64,000 nucleotides of DNA from a virus. The stretch lies in IMG/VR virus record IMGVR_UViG_3300042923_001459, positions 1-64,000 of that record; one strand, written 5' to 3'. Under the pieces are notes generated by a model. That model was not told the DNA's origin and did no database searches. It saw only the letters and a program-made list of their open reading frames with translations. Position 1 is the stretch's first letter, and the number at the start of each line of letters is the position of its first letter. Made by a program: the position numbers and the translations under genes. Positions 37,991 through 47,511 of the stretch are shown here, in pieces.

Positions 37991-40768
37991 TTATTGGAAA
38001 TAGCGGCGTAATTCTTTTGCCACCATCTCTAAATCTTTCGCAGATTCAGCGTTTTCTAAAGCTACTTTTAACAAACTAGATTTATTAGCAGTTATTTTTT
38101 TCATTGATTCAGCCTTGTTAATTGTAGATTCTATGCTATTTTTAGCTTCTATCAATTTTGGAGCTAAACCTTTTTGAACTTCTAAAGCTCTAGTTTCAGA
38201 ACGCATTTCGTATGCAGAACCAAGATTGAATCTATGTTCATCTCTATTAGCCAATTGAATTTGTTCTTTACCTTCTTTAACGTTCATTTGATCTCCAGCT
38301 AAAGCTACAAGTTCAGCAACTGTGCGTTGACTTGCAAATGTAGCACTGTTCAGTGGTTGAATAAAACCTTTGCTAACAAAACCATCAATGATAGATGCGA
38401 TTTTATCAGTAGATGCAACTACTTTAAGTTTACCCATTAAGTTGCTTTTGCTAATTAGATTTCTGTCATTGCTTCTATTATCAACTTTATTATGAGCTGT
38501 AAATTGTTTTTGAGCTTCAGAAACATTTTTAGCTAGTAATTCAGAAAGTTTATTTACTGGAACCTCTTCATTACCATGAGCAACCGAAACAAGATTTTTC
38601 AATTTACCTTCTTCTTTGTTAAAATTGAAAGCTAATTTAAGATTTGTTCCGCTAAGAGGATTACGAACGTCTGCAACTACAGAATAAGTTGTTTCACTTT
38701 CACCAGCAGCTACAACAATGTATTCTTTGAACATTCTACCAATTGCGTCAGATGCAAATACATTCTTCTTATCAATAGACCATTCAGATTCTATAACATC
38801 TCTCACGCCAGTATCTTCAGTTGTTTCATCAGTATTAACTTTAAGCTGTCTACCAAAGTGTTGACTTTGATAATCTGCAACTTTTTGTTCTTCGTCAGTA
38901 ATAATAGAGTCATCAGCGACTTTAGAAAGCAATTCTTCGAATGAATGATCACTTGCCAAAGTTTCTTGATTGAGCTCAGTCATCAAACCATTATCCAACC
39001 ATTTTTGAATTGTTTCATCGATTTTGGATGCTGTAACAACTGATGCTAGTTTTCTTTGAAGATTCTTTCTAGAAATAACAATTGATTCAACTGTTAATCC
39101 AGCAGTTTTATCTTGTAAATACTTAGCAAGAACCTTGTTCTTAATAAATGCTTGTGCTAAGTTTTTAATACTAACATCATGATCTCCGATAGAAGCAACA
39201 CATTCAACAACTTTTGATCCATCGAAAGAAATAGTGAATGGAACATCATGACGAGTACCAGTAGCCTTATTCATTAAACTAACATTCATAGCATAAGAAT
39301 CTCTATTAATCTTATTAAAAGAAGATACTCTGTATTTTTTCAAGTGTTTATTGATGAATGAATTAGCATTAAATAATCTTTGCTCATCAGTACCCTTATC
39401 TTCAACTTCACGAACTTCTTCTTGAGGTTTAATTAAATCTGTTTCAACCTCTAAACCGCCACCGAAGTGTTTTTGTAAATCTGAAATTTCAGAAGTTTGC
39501 TCGTCAGTTAACATATCAACATTAGCACTTCGAAGAAGTTCTTCAAAAGTTTTTTCTGTAGCAAAAGTTGAGCTGTTGATTGGGGTTACCAAGCCGTCAG
39601 CAATCCAATTTTTAATAACATTTGGAATTTGACTTGCTTCAACAGTTTTGAACAATTTAGACTCAATATCTTTGCTTGTTAGAACCATGCCAGAATACGC
39701 ATGTTTTGAAGCTGTCTTGCCTGTTGAAAGATATTTATTTAGTAACGAATTATCAATCTGAGTTAATTGTTGGTGCAGTTCATTGGTTGTTAAGTGTTTT
39801 TGATTAATTTGAGCTGTTTTTATACCAGAGAGCTTTTCACCCTCAATGCCAAATGAGAAGTTAATGTTTTCTCTAACACCATTTTTCCCCAAGATAACAG
39901 CACTAACAAGTAATTCGTTTCCATTTCTTTGAGCTTCTTTAACAGAAACATCTTTTCCAAATTCTCCTACTAAGTAGTTATTAGCATCAATAGTTAATAA
40001 TCTTGCAGATTTAACTTGATTAGAAGCTACATGCTCTTGATTTGGTGTGAAATGGAATTCTCCCATTTTGTCATTTGCGCCTTGTTTTTCCAATTGCGGA
40101 AATAATTGGTCTGCATCATAAAATGAAGCGTAAGTGTTACTTCCCGCTCCGATAATAACTCCATCATGCAGTAATTCATTAATTTTATCAGTTGCTTGCC
40201 TTAATGAACCATTATAGCGACGTACGATTTCTTCTCTATTGATAAGATACGCTTTACCAACAGCCTCCACTTTTTTGGATTCTTTAGTTCTGCCAGCCTT
40301 AATATCTGCTAAGCTTTCCTCTAATCCAGCTTTACTAAATGGATATTCTCCATTGTTTGCATAAAAAATATTAGCAGTTGTAAGTTTTCCAGCTTTAATT
40401 TCGAACGGAAATTGAAAATTTGCACCAACACTATCAAGAACAGCGTCCAATGCAACATAATCAGTACCTACATTAGTACTGGTAACTTTATAGTATTTAC
40501 CTACTAGAAATTTAGCTAAGCTAATTTTAGACTCAGAAATCAGCTTGGTTTCGTTATAATTATTTTTAAGATAACGAGGATCAGCTGACATTTCTGGGCG
40601 ATATACTTGTTGTCTTTCAGCAAATACACCTTTTTGTTCTGCTTCTAATTCTATAGTTTCACGTTGTTTAATCTGTAAATTATCCGTTAGGTTACTCATC
40701 CAATCAGGAATATTCTCCTTATTTTGTTTGGTGAATAAACTAGGGTTTGTAGTACTAAATTTGCTCAT
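37991..40768 (-). CDS. large protein with four ~210-aa internal repeats
   Basis: Repeated I..W/L...G.I..[LI]NSxT[FY]AS....EEL block. Confidence 0.8.
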   Translation of the reverse strand: MSKFSTTNPSLFTKQNKENIPDWMSNLTDNLQIKQRETIELEAEQKGVFAERQQVYRPEMSADPRYLKNNYNETKLISESKISLAKFLVGKYYKVTSTNVGTDYVALDAVLDSVGANFQFPFEIKAGKLTTANIFYANNGEYPFSKAGLEESLADIKAGRTKESKKVEAVGKAYLINREEIVRRYNGSLRQATDKINELLHDGVIIGAGSNTYASFYDADQLFPQLEKQGANDKMGEFHFTPNQEHVASNQVKSARLLTIDANNYLVGEFGKDVSVKEAQRNGNELLVSAVILGKNGVRENINFSFGIEGEKLSGIKTAQINQKHLTTNELHQQLTQIDNSLLNKYLSTGKTASKHAYSGMVLTSKDIESKLFKTVEASQIPNVIKNWIADGLVTPINSSTFATEKTFEELLRSANVDMLTDEQTSEISDLQKHFGGGLEVETDLIKPQEEVREVEDKGTDEQRLFNANSFINKHLKKYRVSSFNKINRDSYAMNVSLMNKATGTRHDVPFTISFDGSKVVECVASIGDHDVSIKNLAQAFIKNKVLAKYLQDKTAGLTVESIVISRKNLQRKLASVVTASKIDETIQKWLDNGLMTELNQETLASDHSFEELLSKVADDSIITDEEQKVADYQSQHFGRQLKVNTDETTEDTGVRDVIESEWSIDKKNVFASDAIGRMFKEYIVVAAGESETTYSVVADVRNPLSGTNLKLAFNFNKEEGKLKNLVSVAHGNEEVPVNKLSELLAKNVSEAQKQFTAHNKVDNRSNDRNLISKSNLMGKLKVVASTDKIASIIDGFVSKGFIQPLNSATFASQRTVAELVALAGDQMNVKEGKEQIQLANRDEHRFNLGSAYEMRSETRALEVQKGLAPKLIEAKNSIESTINKAESMKKITANKSSLLKVALENAESAKDLEMVAKELRRYFQ

Positions 40769-40822
40769 CTTTTCTCACCTAACCTTATGAGTTATAAAAA
40801 GTAGGGGGAGTTTTCCTCCCCA

Positions 40823-41194
40823 CTATCTTAGATATCCATTAATTTCATTTTTAGCTTCTTCAAGTGTAGTATAGAAACCTCTATACTCTACATTTTCCCA
40901 TTCGCCTTGTTGATAACCTTCAACAACATGATCAGCACTTAAAACAACATATGCTTCATTTGTTTGATTTCTCTCTTGCTCAACAAATACTTTCCAAACC
41001 TCAAATACCTCTACGATATTTTTTGGAAGTCTAAAACCTTTTGGTATTTCTTGATTGGGATTCTCAGCTTGATTATTATCCTGTTTTTTAACTGTCTCAA
41101 CAGGCACTGGAGGAACCTCTAAATTTCTAGTCATCAATGCTGCTACATTATGAGATGCAACTGAGAGTGCATCTAAAACTAAATTTAAAGGCAA
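40823..41194 (-). CDS. hypothetical domain; probable -1 frameshift extension of 41215..42339
   Basis: TTG start without SD; frame open back to A_AAA_AAG. Confidence 0.6.
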   Translation of the reverse strand: MPLNLVLDALSVASHNVAALMTRNLEVPPVPVETVKKQDNNQAENPNQEIPKGFRLPKNIVEVFEVWKVFVEQERNQTNEAYVVLSADHVVEGYQQGEWENVEYRGFYTTLEEAKNEINGYLR

Positions 41195-41227
41195 ATTCTC
41201 AATTGCATTAGCAGTTACTTTTTTTTT
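41155..41227 (-). other. putative programmed -1 ribosomal frameshift signal
   Basis: In-frame A_AAA_AAG then TAA; 9 nt later ATGCAATTGAGA pairs with TCTCAGTTGCAT (11 Watson-Crick + 1 GU). Confidence 0.65.
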
Positions 41228-42339
41228 AAGCGATTTGTTACTGCATTTGCTTTATAAACGTTGAATGGTCCAGTTTCATATGAACTTGGAGAAACTCCAC
41301 CGGAACTAGGAGAATCGGATCTCATTTGAGTTGTAGAATCATATCCGCCCATTCCACCGTCATTTGGCTTACCAACTGGATCTTGATTACCACTATCCAT
41401 CTTTTCCATTTGATCTAAAGCTTCATCAGAAAGTTGAATGTCTTTGAACTCTTCAAATCCAATAGTAGGTTTATCCAAAGTAACATCAATTAGAGCTGAA
41501 GCATAATCATCTGGGAAAATTTGTTTGAAGTAATCTAACATACCCATGGCTTCTGCTTTTTTAACAATTATGTTAGATTTTTCTAATTCCGTTACTTCAT
41601 CAAACATTGCTTTAGCAACCTTAGAAGTGGGAAAGATTTTATTGAGTTCAGCTAAGCGCGAAATGATAGAACCTTTAGATAACTTAGAAATTTTTGTAAA
41701 TACCTTGATTTTCGAAGCATATCTAGGAGTTTCATCAGTTAGCGTTGGAGTTACTTCATATCCCCAACCTTTAAGAATTTCTGCAATTTGTTTTTTCATT
41801 TCATTTGTGGTTTTATTCATTGTAAAACCATCATAGAAGTTTTGAATCGGACCGTCTACTTGACTCCATAAAGTTAAAATCTCTTTTGCAAGATTCTCTG
41901 GTGTGTAAGTGATGTCTTGAACTTCTTTAGTGGCAACTCTTTCTGGTCTTCTACCAACAATCAACATTAAACCTTCCTTAATTGGTTGTTTTGCTAAATC
42001 ACTATTTAGTTCAGCGATTTTACTAGCTTGGTTTTCATGACCAAAATACTTTTTAGCGATACTTGCTAAAGTTTCGCCTTTTGTTGTTTGATGCAAAACA
42101 TTTCTATCAGCAAAATATCTCATAGTATACGGCTCCATTTCATACCCCTTATTGTAATCATTAATTGAAGGATCGGTGAGAGACGGGATGGACGGGTCAA
42201 TTAGACCGTGGTCATTTTTGACTCCGCCATCATCTTGCCAGTTGAGGTCTGACGTTCCATACTCATTGTTCTCTTCTACATTTAGAGTATAATCTAGGGG
42301 TTTAGATTTATTATTATTGAATTTTTTAATCCTACTCAC
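41215..42339 (-). CDS. LysM-domain protein
   Basis: HQTTKGETLASIAKKYFG...IAELN...IKEGLMLIV. Confidence 0.75.
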   Translation of the reverse strand: MSRIKKFNNNKSKPLDYTLNVEENNEYGTSDLNWQDDGGVKNDHGLIDPSIPSLTDPSINDYNKGYEMEPYTMRYFADRNVLHQTTKGETLASIAKKYFGHENQASKIAELNSDLAKQPIKEGLMLIVGRRPERVATKEVQDITYTPENLAKEILTLWSQVDGPIQNFYDGFTMNKTTNEMKKQIAEILKGWGYEVTPTLTDETPRYASKIKVFTKISKLSKGSIISRLAELNKIFPTSKVAKAMFDEVTELEKSNIIVKKAEAMGMLDYFKQIFPDDYASALIDVTLDKPTIGFEEFKDIQLSDEALDQMEKMDSGNQDPVGKPNDGGMGGYDSTTQMRSDSPSSGGVSPSSYETGPFNVYKANAVTNRLKKK

Positions 42340-42352
42340 AATTTCATCACTC

Positions 42353-43168
42353 CTATTTGTTAAAGTACTTTCTTTGTCTTCCGACTTTTTCCAAGTGCTC
42401 TTTAACAGCAGAGTTGATAAATTTACTTAGCGTATATTTAGAATTAACTTCCATAGTCAATGCTGTTGCTGCAAGTTTCTTAATTTCATCAACTGCATCG
42501 TCATCAGTAATTCCATGTTCAGCCAATTTAGAAATAATCAATTTGTCCATTTTTTGATTAAACATTGCATATAATGCGTGTTTCACTTCGGGAGTTGCAT
42601 CATGTAAAAAAGCATCGCCAAATGAAGAATCGTAAAGTATGTTTGCAATTGTCTTGAAAGAAACATCTGAAGTATATCTAACGTCTTTTCTTTTTGTTGC
42701 AGCTGTTTTTGTTTGTTGTGCGAGTTGAGGATTTCTTACTGGAGTTTCTTCTTCATCCTCTTCAACTTCTTTAACTAAAACTGGAGCACCATTTTCATCT
42801 GTCGCTAATTTCCAAATTGTACCATCGTTAAAATTGTAATTGAACAACTCGCCGACACCTGATTCTCTTTGAAAACAATATCTTCCCCAAGCTAATTTTT
42901 TAAACTGACCACTTTCTTCAGCTTCATTTAAAGAAACATGTTGTAATTTAGCAGTATAAACTTTAAACTTACCATTTACAGTTTCTTCAACTTCAGTTTT
43001 GAATCCATTTACCTTTAACTCAGCTGCACAAACATCTGCTTCTTTTTTGGAATCAAATGTATCAAAAAGTTTTTTACTTTCGGCTTTCTCAATAGCTGAA
43101 GCAATCTTATTGAGTTCCTTACTTGAGAAAACTGAATAATCATCGGTACGTTTTATCATATTAAACAC
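42353..43168 (-). CDS. hypothetical head-region protein
   Basis: ORF with NKIAS and KTAA motifs. Confidence 0.7.
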   Translation of the reverse strand: MFNMIKRTDDYSVFSSKELNKIASAIEKAESKKLFDTFDSKKEADVCAAELKVNGFKTEVEETVNGKFKVYTAKLQHVSLNEAEESGQFKKLAWGRYCFQRESGVGELFNYNFNDGTIWKLATDENGAPVLVKEVEEDEEETPVRNPQLAQQTKTAATKRKDVRYTSDVSFKTIANILYDSSFGDAFLHDATPEVKHALYAMFNQKMDKLIISKLAEHGITDDDAVDEIKKLAATALTMEVNSKYTLSKFINSAVKEHLEKVGRQRKYFNK

Positions 43169-43244
43169 CTCACCTACTAAATGTATTACACTTTTGTATT
43201 TACATAAGTAAGTGTCTATTGATTATTATACATTTAAGTAAATA

Positions 43245-43865
43245 TTAATCGTTTTTAAGTTGGTCTTTCAATTTCTTGATTGTTTTCTTTTTAATAACAG
43301 ATACTCTGCTTTGACTAATATCTAACATATCACCAATTTCTTGTTGCTTAAATCCACTCATTGATAATTTAATAATTTGACTTTGTCTATCAGAAATTAA
43401 ATCGTATATTTCTTCTACGAACATTTTGTCATCTATAGATAAATGATCTTTTGAAGCTCCCATTAGATATTCCGAAAATTCTGTAGGTTGTTCTCTTTTG
43501 CGTTTAAAGTAGTAGCTTTGAATAAAAGCACGAAGTTTAATGATAAGATTTTTGAAAAGATATTTATCAAAAGGTATAAAGTTACCATTGTAGTAAGGAT
43601 TGTAATTTTTGCAAAAATCTACAAAATACATATAAGCTTGTTGATAAAGTTCATCGGAATCAAAATTTTTCCAGTATCCTAAACTATTTGCAACTTTTCT
43701 AATTTTTTCATCATACTTAAACCACATTGCATTTGGATCGTTCTTAATCAAGTATAAATCAGCTTCTACCGGTAAATCTTTTAGTTCTATAGGCCCATAT
43801 TCTCTTGCTTCTACTTCTTTATTTTCTGAAACCTCTGTATTTTCATTTTGCGGATTGTTTACCAT
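43245..43865 (-). CDS. phage RNA polymerase sigma factor (sigma-70 family, regions 2 and 4)
   Basis: DELYQQAY...FDKYL; ISDRQSQII...QQEIGDMLDISQSRVS. Confidence 0.8.
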   Translation of the reverse strand: MVNNPQNENTEVSENKEVEAREYGPIELKDLPVEADLYLIKNDPNAMWFKYDEKIRKVANSLGYWKNFDSDELYQQAYMYFVDFCKNYNPYYNGNFIPFDKYLFKNLIIKLRAFIQSYYFKRKREQPTEFSEYLMGASKDHLSIDDKMFVEEIYDLISDRQSQIIKLSMSGFKQQEIGDMLDISQSRVSVIKKKTIKKLKDQLKND

Positions 43866-43959
43866 TATTTAATTTCCCTCCCAATTTTTAAAACAATAAA
43901 GGGCTGCAAGACAAAAATGAATGTCTCACAACCCATAAGGTGCTCTTTTAGGTTGTACA

Positions 43960-45180
43960 CTATTTTGGTGTAATTTGTGAAAACTGCCAGTTGTCCGGTA
44001 CAAAATACTGTCTTGCAACTCTTTGTATATCTTCTTTTGTTACTGCTTCGATACCACTGAGATAATCGTCAGGTTCAGTGGATGTTTCATCTATAATAGC
44101 ATTTCCGATGTAACTATTGATTGATGATGGTTTCTCAAGATTGATAATGTGAGAACCGCGAGTATATGCTATAGCGCGTTTCAATTCAATATCACTTACA
44201 GGTTCATTTCTTAAACGTTCGAATTCTTCAATAACAGTATCCTTAACTGCTTCAATCTTGCTTGCATCTAAACCAGTATAACCAAGAATCATTCCAGAAT
44301 CGCGAAGCGCATAATAACTAACACGAACTGTGTAAGCTAAACCACGTTTTTCTCTAATAAGTTGATATAATCTTGAAGAAGAACTGCCGCCTAAAATAAC
44401 ACATGCAATATCCATAGCGTAATAATCAGAACTATTAATCGATGGACCAAATAAACCCCAAGCAAAGTGAGCTTGTTCAATGCTTCTTTCAATCTCTATC
44501 GTGTTTGAATCTAAAATATCAGGTTCGAATTCTTCTTTTTTAAATTCATTAGGATTTTCTTGAAAGTCTTTTGTGTATTCTTCCATAAATTTATTGATAG
44601 CTTCATCATCTATCTTGCCAGTTGCTACAACAAATATATTGTTAGGTTGGTAAAATTTATTCTTGAAATCAATTAAATCTTGTCTTGATATCTCAGCAAC
44701 TTGTTTTGGTGTTCCACCAACTAATTGTCTGCTTGGAAAACTCTTATGCATTGCTGTAAAAAGCATGTCTGTAACATGTGAAGAAGTATCATCTGAGTAC
44801 ATCTTGAGTTCTTCTTGAATCACCGTTCGTTCCAATTCGACTTCTTCTTCAGGAATAGTAGAATGAAATATGATGTCAGATATTACATCTGCTGCTGTTT
44901 TCCAATTTTCCGCTGGCACTGTAGCAAAGTACCTAGTGTGTTGAAAACTTGTCTCAGCATTAATGTAACCGCCTATTGATTCAATTTCTTCCATAATTTG
45001 CTGTGAATTGCGTGAATCCGTTCCTTTAAATACCATGTGTTCAATGAAATGAGCGATACCAAATCTATCTGTTTCATCGTATGAACCAACTTTTACATAA
45101 ATACTAAATGTCATTGTTTTTGCAGACTCGATTTTTTCTGTATAAACATCGAGACCATTTGGAAGTGTTTTCTTTTGCAA
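43960..45180 (-). CDS. M16 family zinc peptidase
   Basis: GIAHFIEHMVFKGT, INAETS, ERTVIQEE, SSRLYQLIREKRGLAY. Confidence 0.92.
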   Translation of the reverse strand: MQKKTLPNGLDVYTEKIESAKTMTFSIYVKVGSYDETDRFGIAHFIEHMVFKGTDSRNSQQIMEEIESIGGYINAETSFQHTRYFATVPAENWKTAADVISDIIFHSTIPEEEVELERTVIQEELKMYSDDTSSHVTDMLFTAMHKSFPSRQLVGGTPKQVAEISRQDLIDFKNKFYQPNNIFVVATGKIDDEAINKFMEEYTKDFQENPNEFKKEEFEPDILDSNTIEIERSIEQAHFAWGLFGPSINSSDYYAMDIACVILGGSSSSRLYQLIREKRGLAYTVRVSYYALRDSGMILGYTGLDASKIEAVKDTVIEEFERLRNEPVSDIELKRAIAYTRGSHIINLEKPSSINSYIGNAIIDETSTEPDDYLSGIEAVTKEDIQRVARQYFVPDNWQFSQITPK

Positions 45181-45193
45181 CGTCGTACCTCCT

Positions 45194-45751
45194 TTATTTT
45201 AATAATCCTTCAATAGTAGATTCAACTTCATTCCAATCCTTAACCCTAATGATTCCTTCTGAAGTAGAATTTTTTCTATTTTTTGGGAGGTCCATGAAGA
45301 TAGTGGTAATTCCTACTTTATGCATCGATTCAACAACTTTTGGATAATCATCAACAAATGCGTTTAAGTTTAGGTCTTTAGCTAAGTTAGATTTTTCTTC
45401 ATCAAAATACAATTCATGATATTTAATTCCATTCTGCTTCAACCAGATTTTTGTTCTCTCTACAGCTGTTAGAGGTCTGGCTGTAATAATGATAATTTCA
45501 TGACCTTCATCATACCACTTATTAATTGTTTCTACTGATTTTGGAAATGGACTTAAGTCTTCAAATATTTCATTTCCAAAGTTTTTAAAAAATTCATCCA
45601 TTAGTGATTTTGGTATATCGTATACGTCACTGAGTCTTCCATTAACATCGTTTACTGTAATGTTCTTATTAAATTTTTCGTTTAATAATGGAAGGTAGTA
45701 ACTAAAGCTATCGGCTATTGTATCGTCAATGTCAAAACCTAACTTTGCCAA
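45194..45751 (-). CDS. HAD-family 5'-nucleotidase-like protein
   Basis: FDIDDT, IITAR, FVDD. Confidence 0.85.
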   Translation of the reverse strand: MAKLGFDIDDTIADSFSYYLPLLNEKFNKNITVNDVNGRLSDVYDIPKSLMDEFFKNFGNEIFEDLSPFPKSVETINKWYDEGHEIIIITARPLTAVERTKIWLKQNGIKYHELYFDEEKSNLAKDLNLNAFVDDYPKVVESMHKVGITTIFMDLPKNRKNSTSEGIIRVKDWNEVESTIEGLLK

Positions 45752-45763
45752 CTTGAAAACCCC

Positions 45764-46177
45764 TTACTCGTTTTGTTTTATATAATCTTCTAGAATTTTG
45801 AATGCTTCTGGGCTTTTATCCTTGTCCTGGATATCGGTGCCTCTGGGAATGTAGATAATGTTTCTACGTTCTGGCTTAAGAGTTTCAATTAAAACTTCCA
45901 TTGCTTTGAATGGGTCTCCTTCATCACCACAAGTAAATACATCTGCTGCAGCATAACCAAGCTCTGGATAGGTGTGAATGCTCATATGACTTTCACTCAA
46001 TAAAGCTAAGGCTGTTACTCCAAATGGTTTGAATTGATGTGAGGACAAATTCAGCAATGTCATTTTAGCTTCTTCAACCGCTTTCTTGAATGTTTCAAGA
46101 AAAAGTTCCTCATTATCTAATACTTTAAAATCACAACCGTACATTTCCAATATAACGTGTTTTCCCAGTGACTGCAA
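45764..46177 (-). CDS. speD: S-adenosylmethionine decarboxylase proenzyme
   Basis: GKHVI, HQFKPFGVT, LSESHMSIHTYPE, DVFTCG. Confidence 0.92.
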   Translation of the reverse strand: MQSLGKHVILEMYGCDFKVLDNEELFLETFKKAVEEAKMTLLNLSSHQFKPFGVTALALLSESHMSIHTYPELGYAAADVFTCGDEGDPFKAMEVLIETLKPERRNIIYIPRGTDIQDKDKSPEAFKILEDYIKQNE

Positions 46178-46451
46178 TTCCAGCCCCCTCCTTTATAATA
46201 TGCATTTTTAATTTTTTTTTAAATACCTCACTAACAAAGTGGAATATTTGATCTTTGTTAACGTATTAGAATCTTCTTACTTGAATGATTATCAACGCAA
46301 CATTCTAAGAATAATCAACTGACTAAATATAATAACCAAAGTATGTATTTTTTTTAAATAATTTTTTTTCTAATAGCCAAGTCTGGGTTGCATTTTAGAG
46401 ACGCTAACAAAACAAAAAGGTGAGATAAATTCTCACCTTTCATTTTACAAA

Positions 46452-47378
46452 TTATTTTATGTTATTGAAAGAGAATAATCCATATCCAAATTCATTATCT
46501 CTACCACTTATTCCTTCATCTTTACTGTTAGCTGCAAGGAATGATAGAACATCATGCGGTTTCATCATTTTACCTGTTTTTTGTAGAGAATCAGCTTGAA
46601 TTAATGCAACAGCACCGGCAATATGAGGACAAGCCATAGAGGTTCCAGATAGACGAGCATATTTTCCATTAGGAAAAGTACTAACCACGTCAACCCCGGC
46701 AGCAGAAACGTCAACCTCTACACTAGTACTAGAAAAAGAACCCTTGTGTTCTATTGAGTCAACGGCTGCAACTGAAATAACTTCATCAAAACTTGCAGGA
46801 TAACCAACTGTATCTTGACCAGCACCTTCATTACCAGCAGCAGCTACCAATACAATTCCAGCATCATATGCTTTTTTAATTGCATTATACAATGACGGGA
46901 TAAAACCTGGAGCTCCGAGACTCATAGAGACAACATGAATTCCATTTTCAATACACCATTCAAGACCTTGAATAATCCATTCTAATGTACCTTGACCACT
47001 GTCACTAAGTACCTTTACAGCATATAACTCAACTTCAGGTGCAACTCCTACAATACCAAGATAGTTTATTGAAGCGCCAATTACTCCAGCACAGTGAGTA
47101 CCATGACCTTGACGATCCATGTAATCATTGATGTCTGAAGTGGTAAAATTAACTCCACCCTTGAATCTGTCTTTTAGATCTTGATGATTGTAATCAATGC
47201 CAGTATCAAGTACAGCAACTTTAATTCCAGCGCCCTTTGTTTTTTCCCATTCTTTTTGAGCGCCAATTAGACGTACACCATATTCAACATTATCAATTGC
47301 ATTAGTTGATGCAGTCTTTAAAAATCCTTCAGCTTCAATAATTTCTAAAACCTTAAAACCAGAAACTTTAAATTCCAT
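46452..47378 (-). CDS. subtilisin-family (S8) serine protease, no signal peptide
   Basis: VLDTG, HGTHCAG, AAAGN, SGTSMACPH. Confidence 0.92.
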   Translation of the reverse strand: MEFKVSGFKVLEIIEAEGFLKTASTNAIDNVEYGVRLIGAQKEWEKTKGAGIKVAVLDTGIDYNHQDLKDRFKGGVNFTTSDINDYMDRQGHGTHCAGVIGASINYLGIVGVAPEVELYAVKVLSDSGQGTLEWIIQGLEWCIENGIHVVSMSLGAPGFIPSLYNAIKKAYDAGIVLVAAAGNEGAGQDTVGYPASFDEVISVAAVDSIEHKGSFSSTSVEVDVSAAGVDVVSTFPNGKYARLSGTSMACPHIAGAVALIQADSLQKTGKMMKPHDVLSFLAANSKDEGISGRDNEFGYGLFSFNNIK

Positions 47379-47466
47379 TTAAAGCACCTCCAGTGATTTA
47401 AAATACTTAATTCAATGATTAGAATTAAGTATAATAAATATATAAGATGATGTTTAAAAAATAATA

Positions 47467-47498
47467 AAAGCTTACTCTATTTGAGAGAGTAAGCTTTT
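47467..47498 (-). terminator. terminator after terminase
   Basis: AAAAGCTTACTCT/AGAGTAAGCTTTT stem. Confidence 0.75.
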
Positions 47499-47511
47499 AT
47501 ACTTGAGGTTA

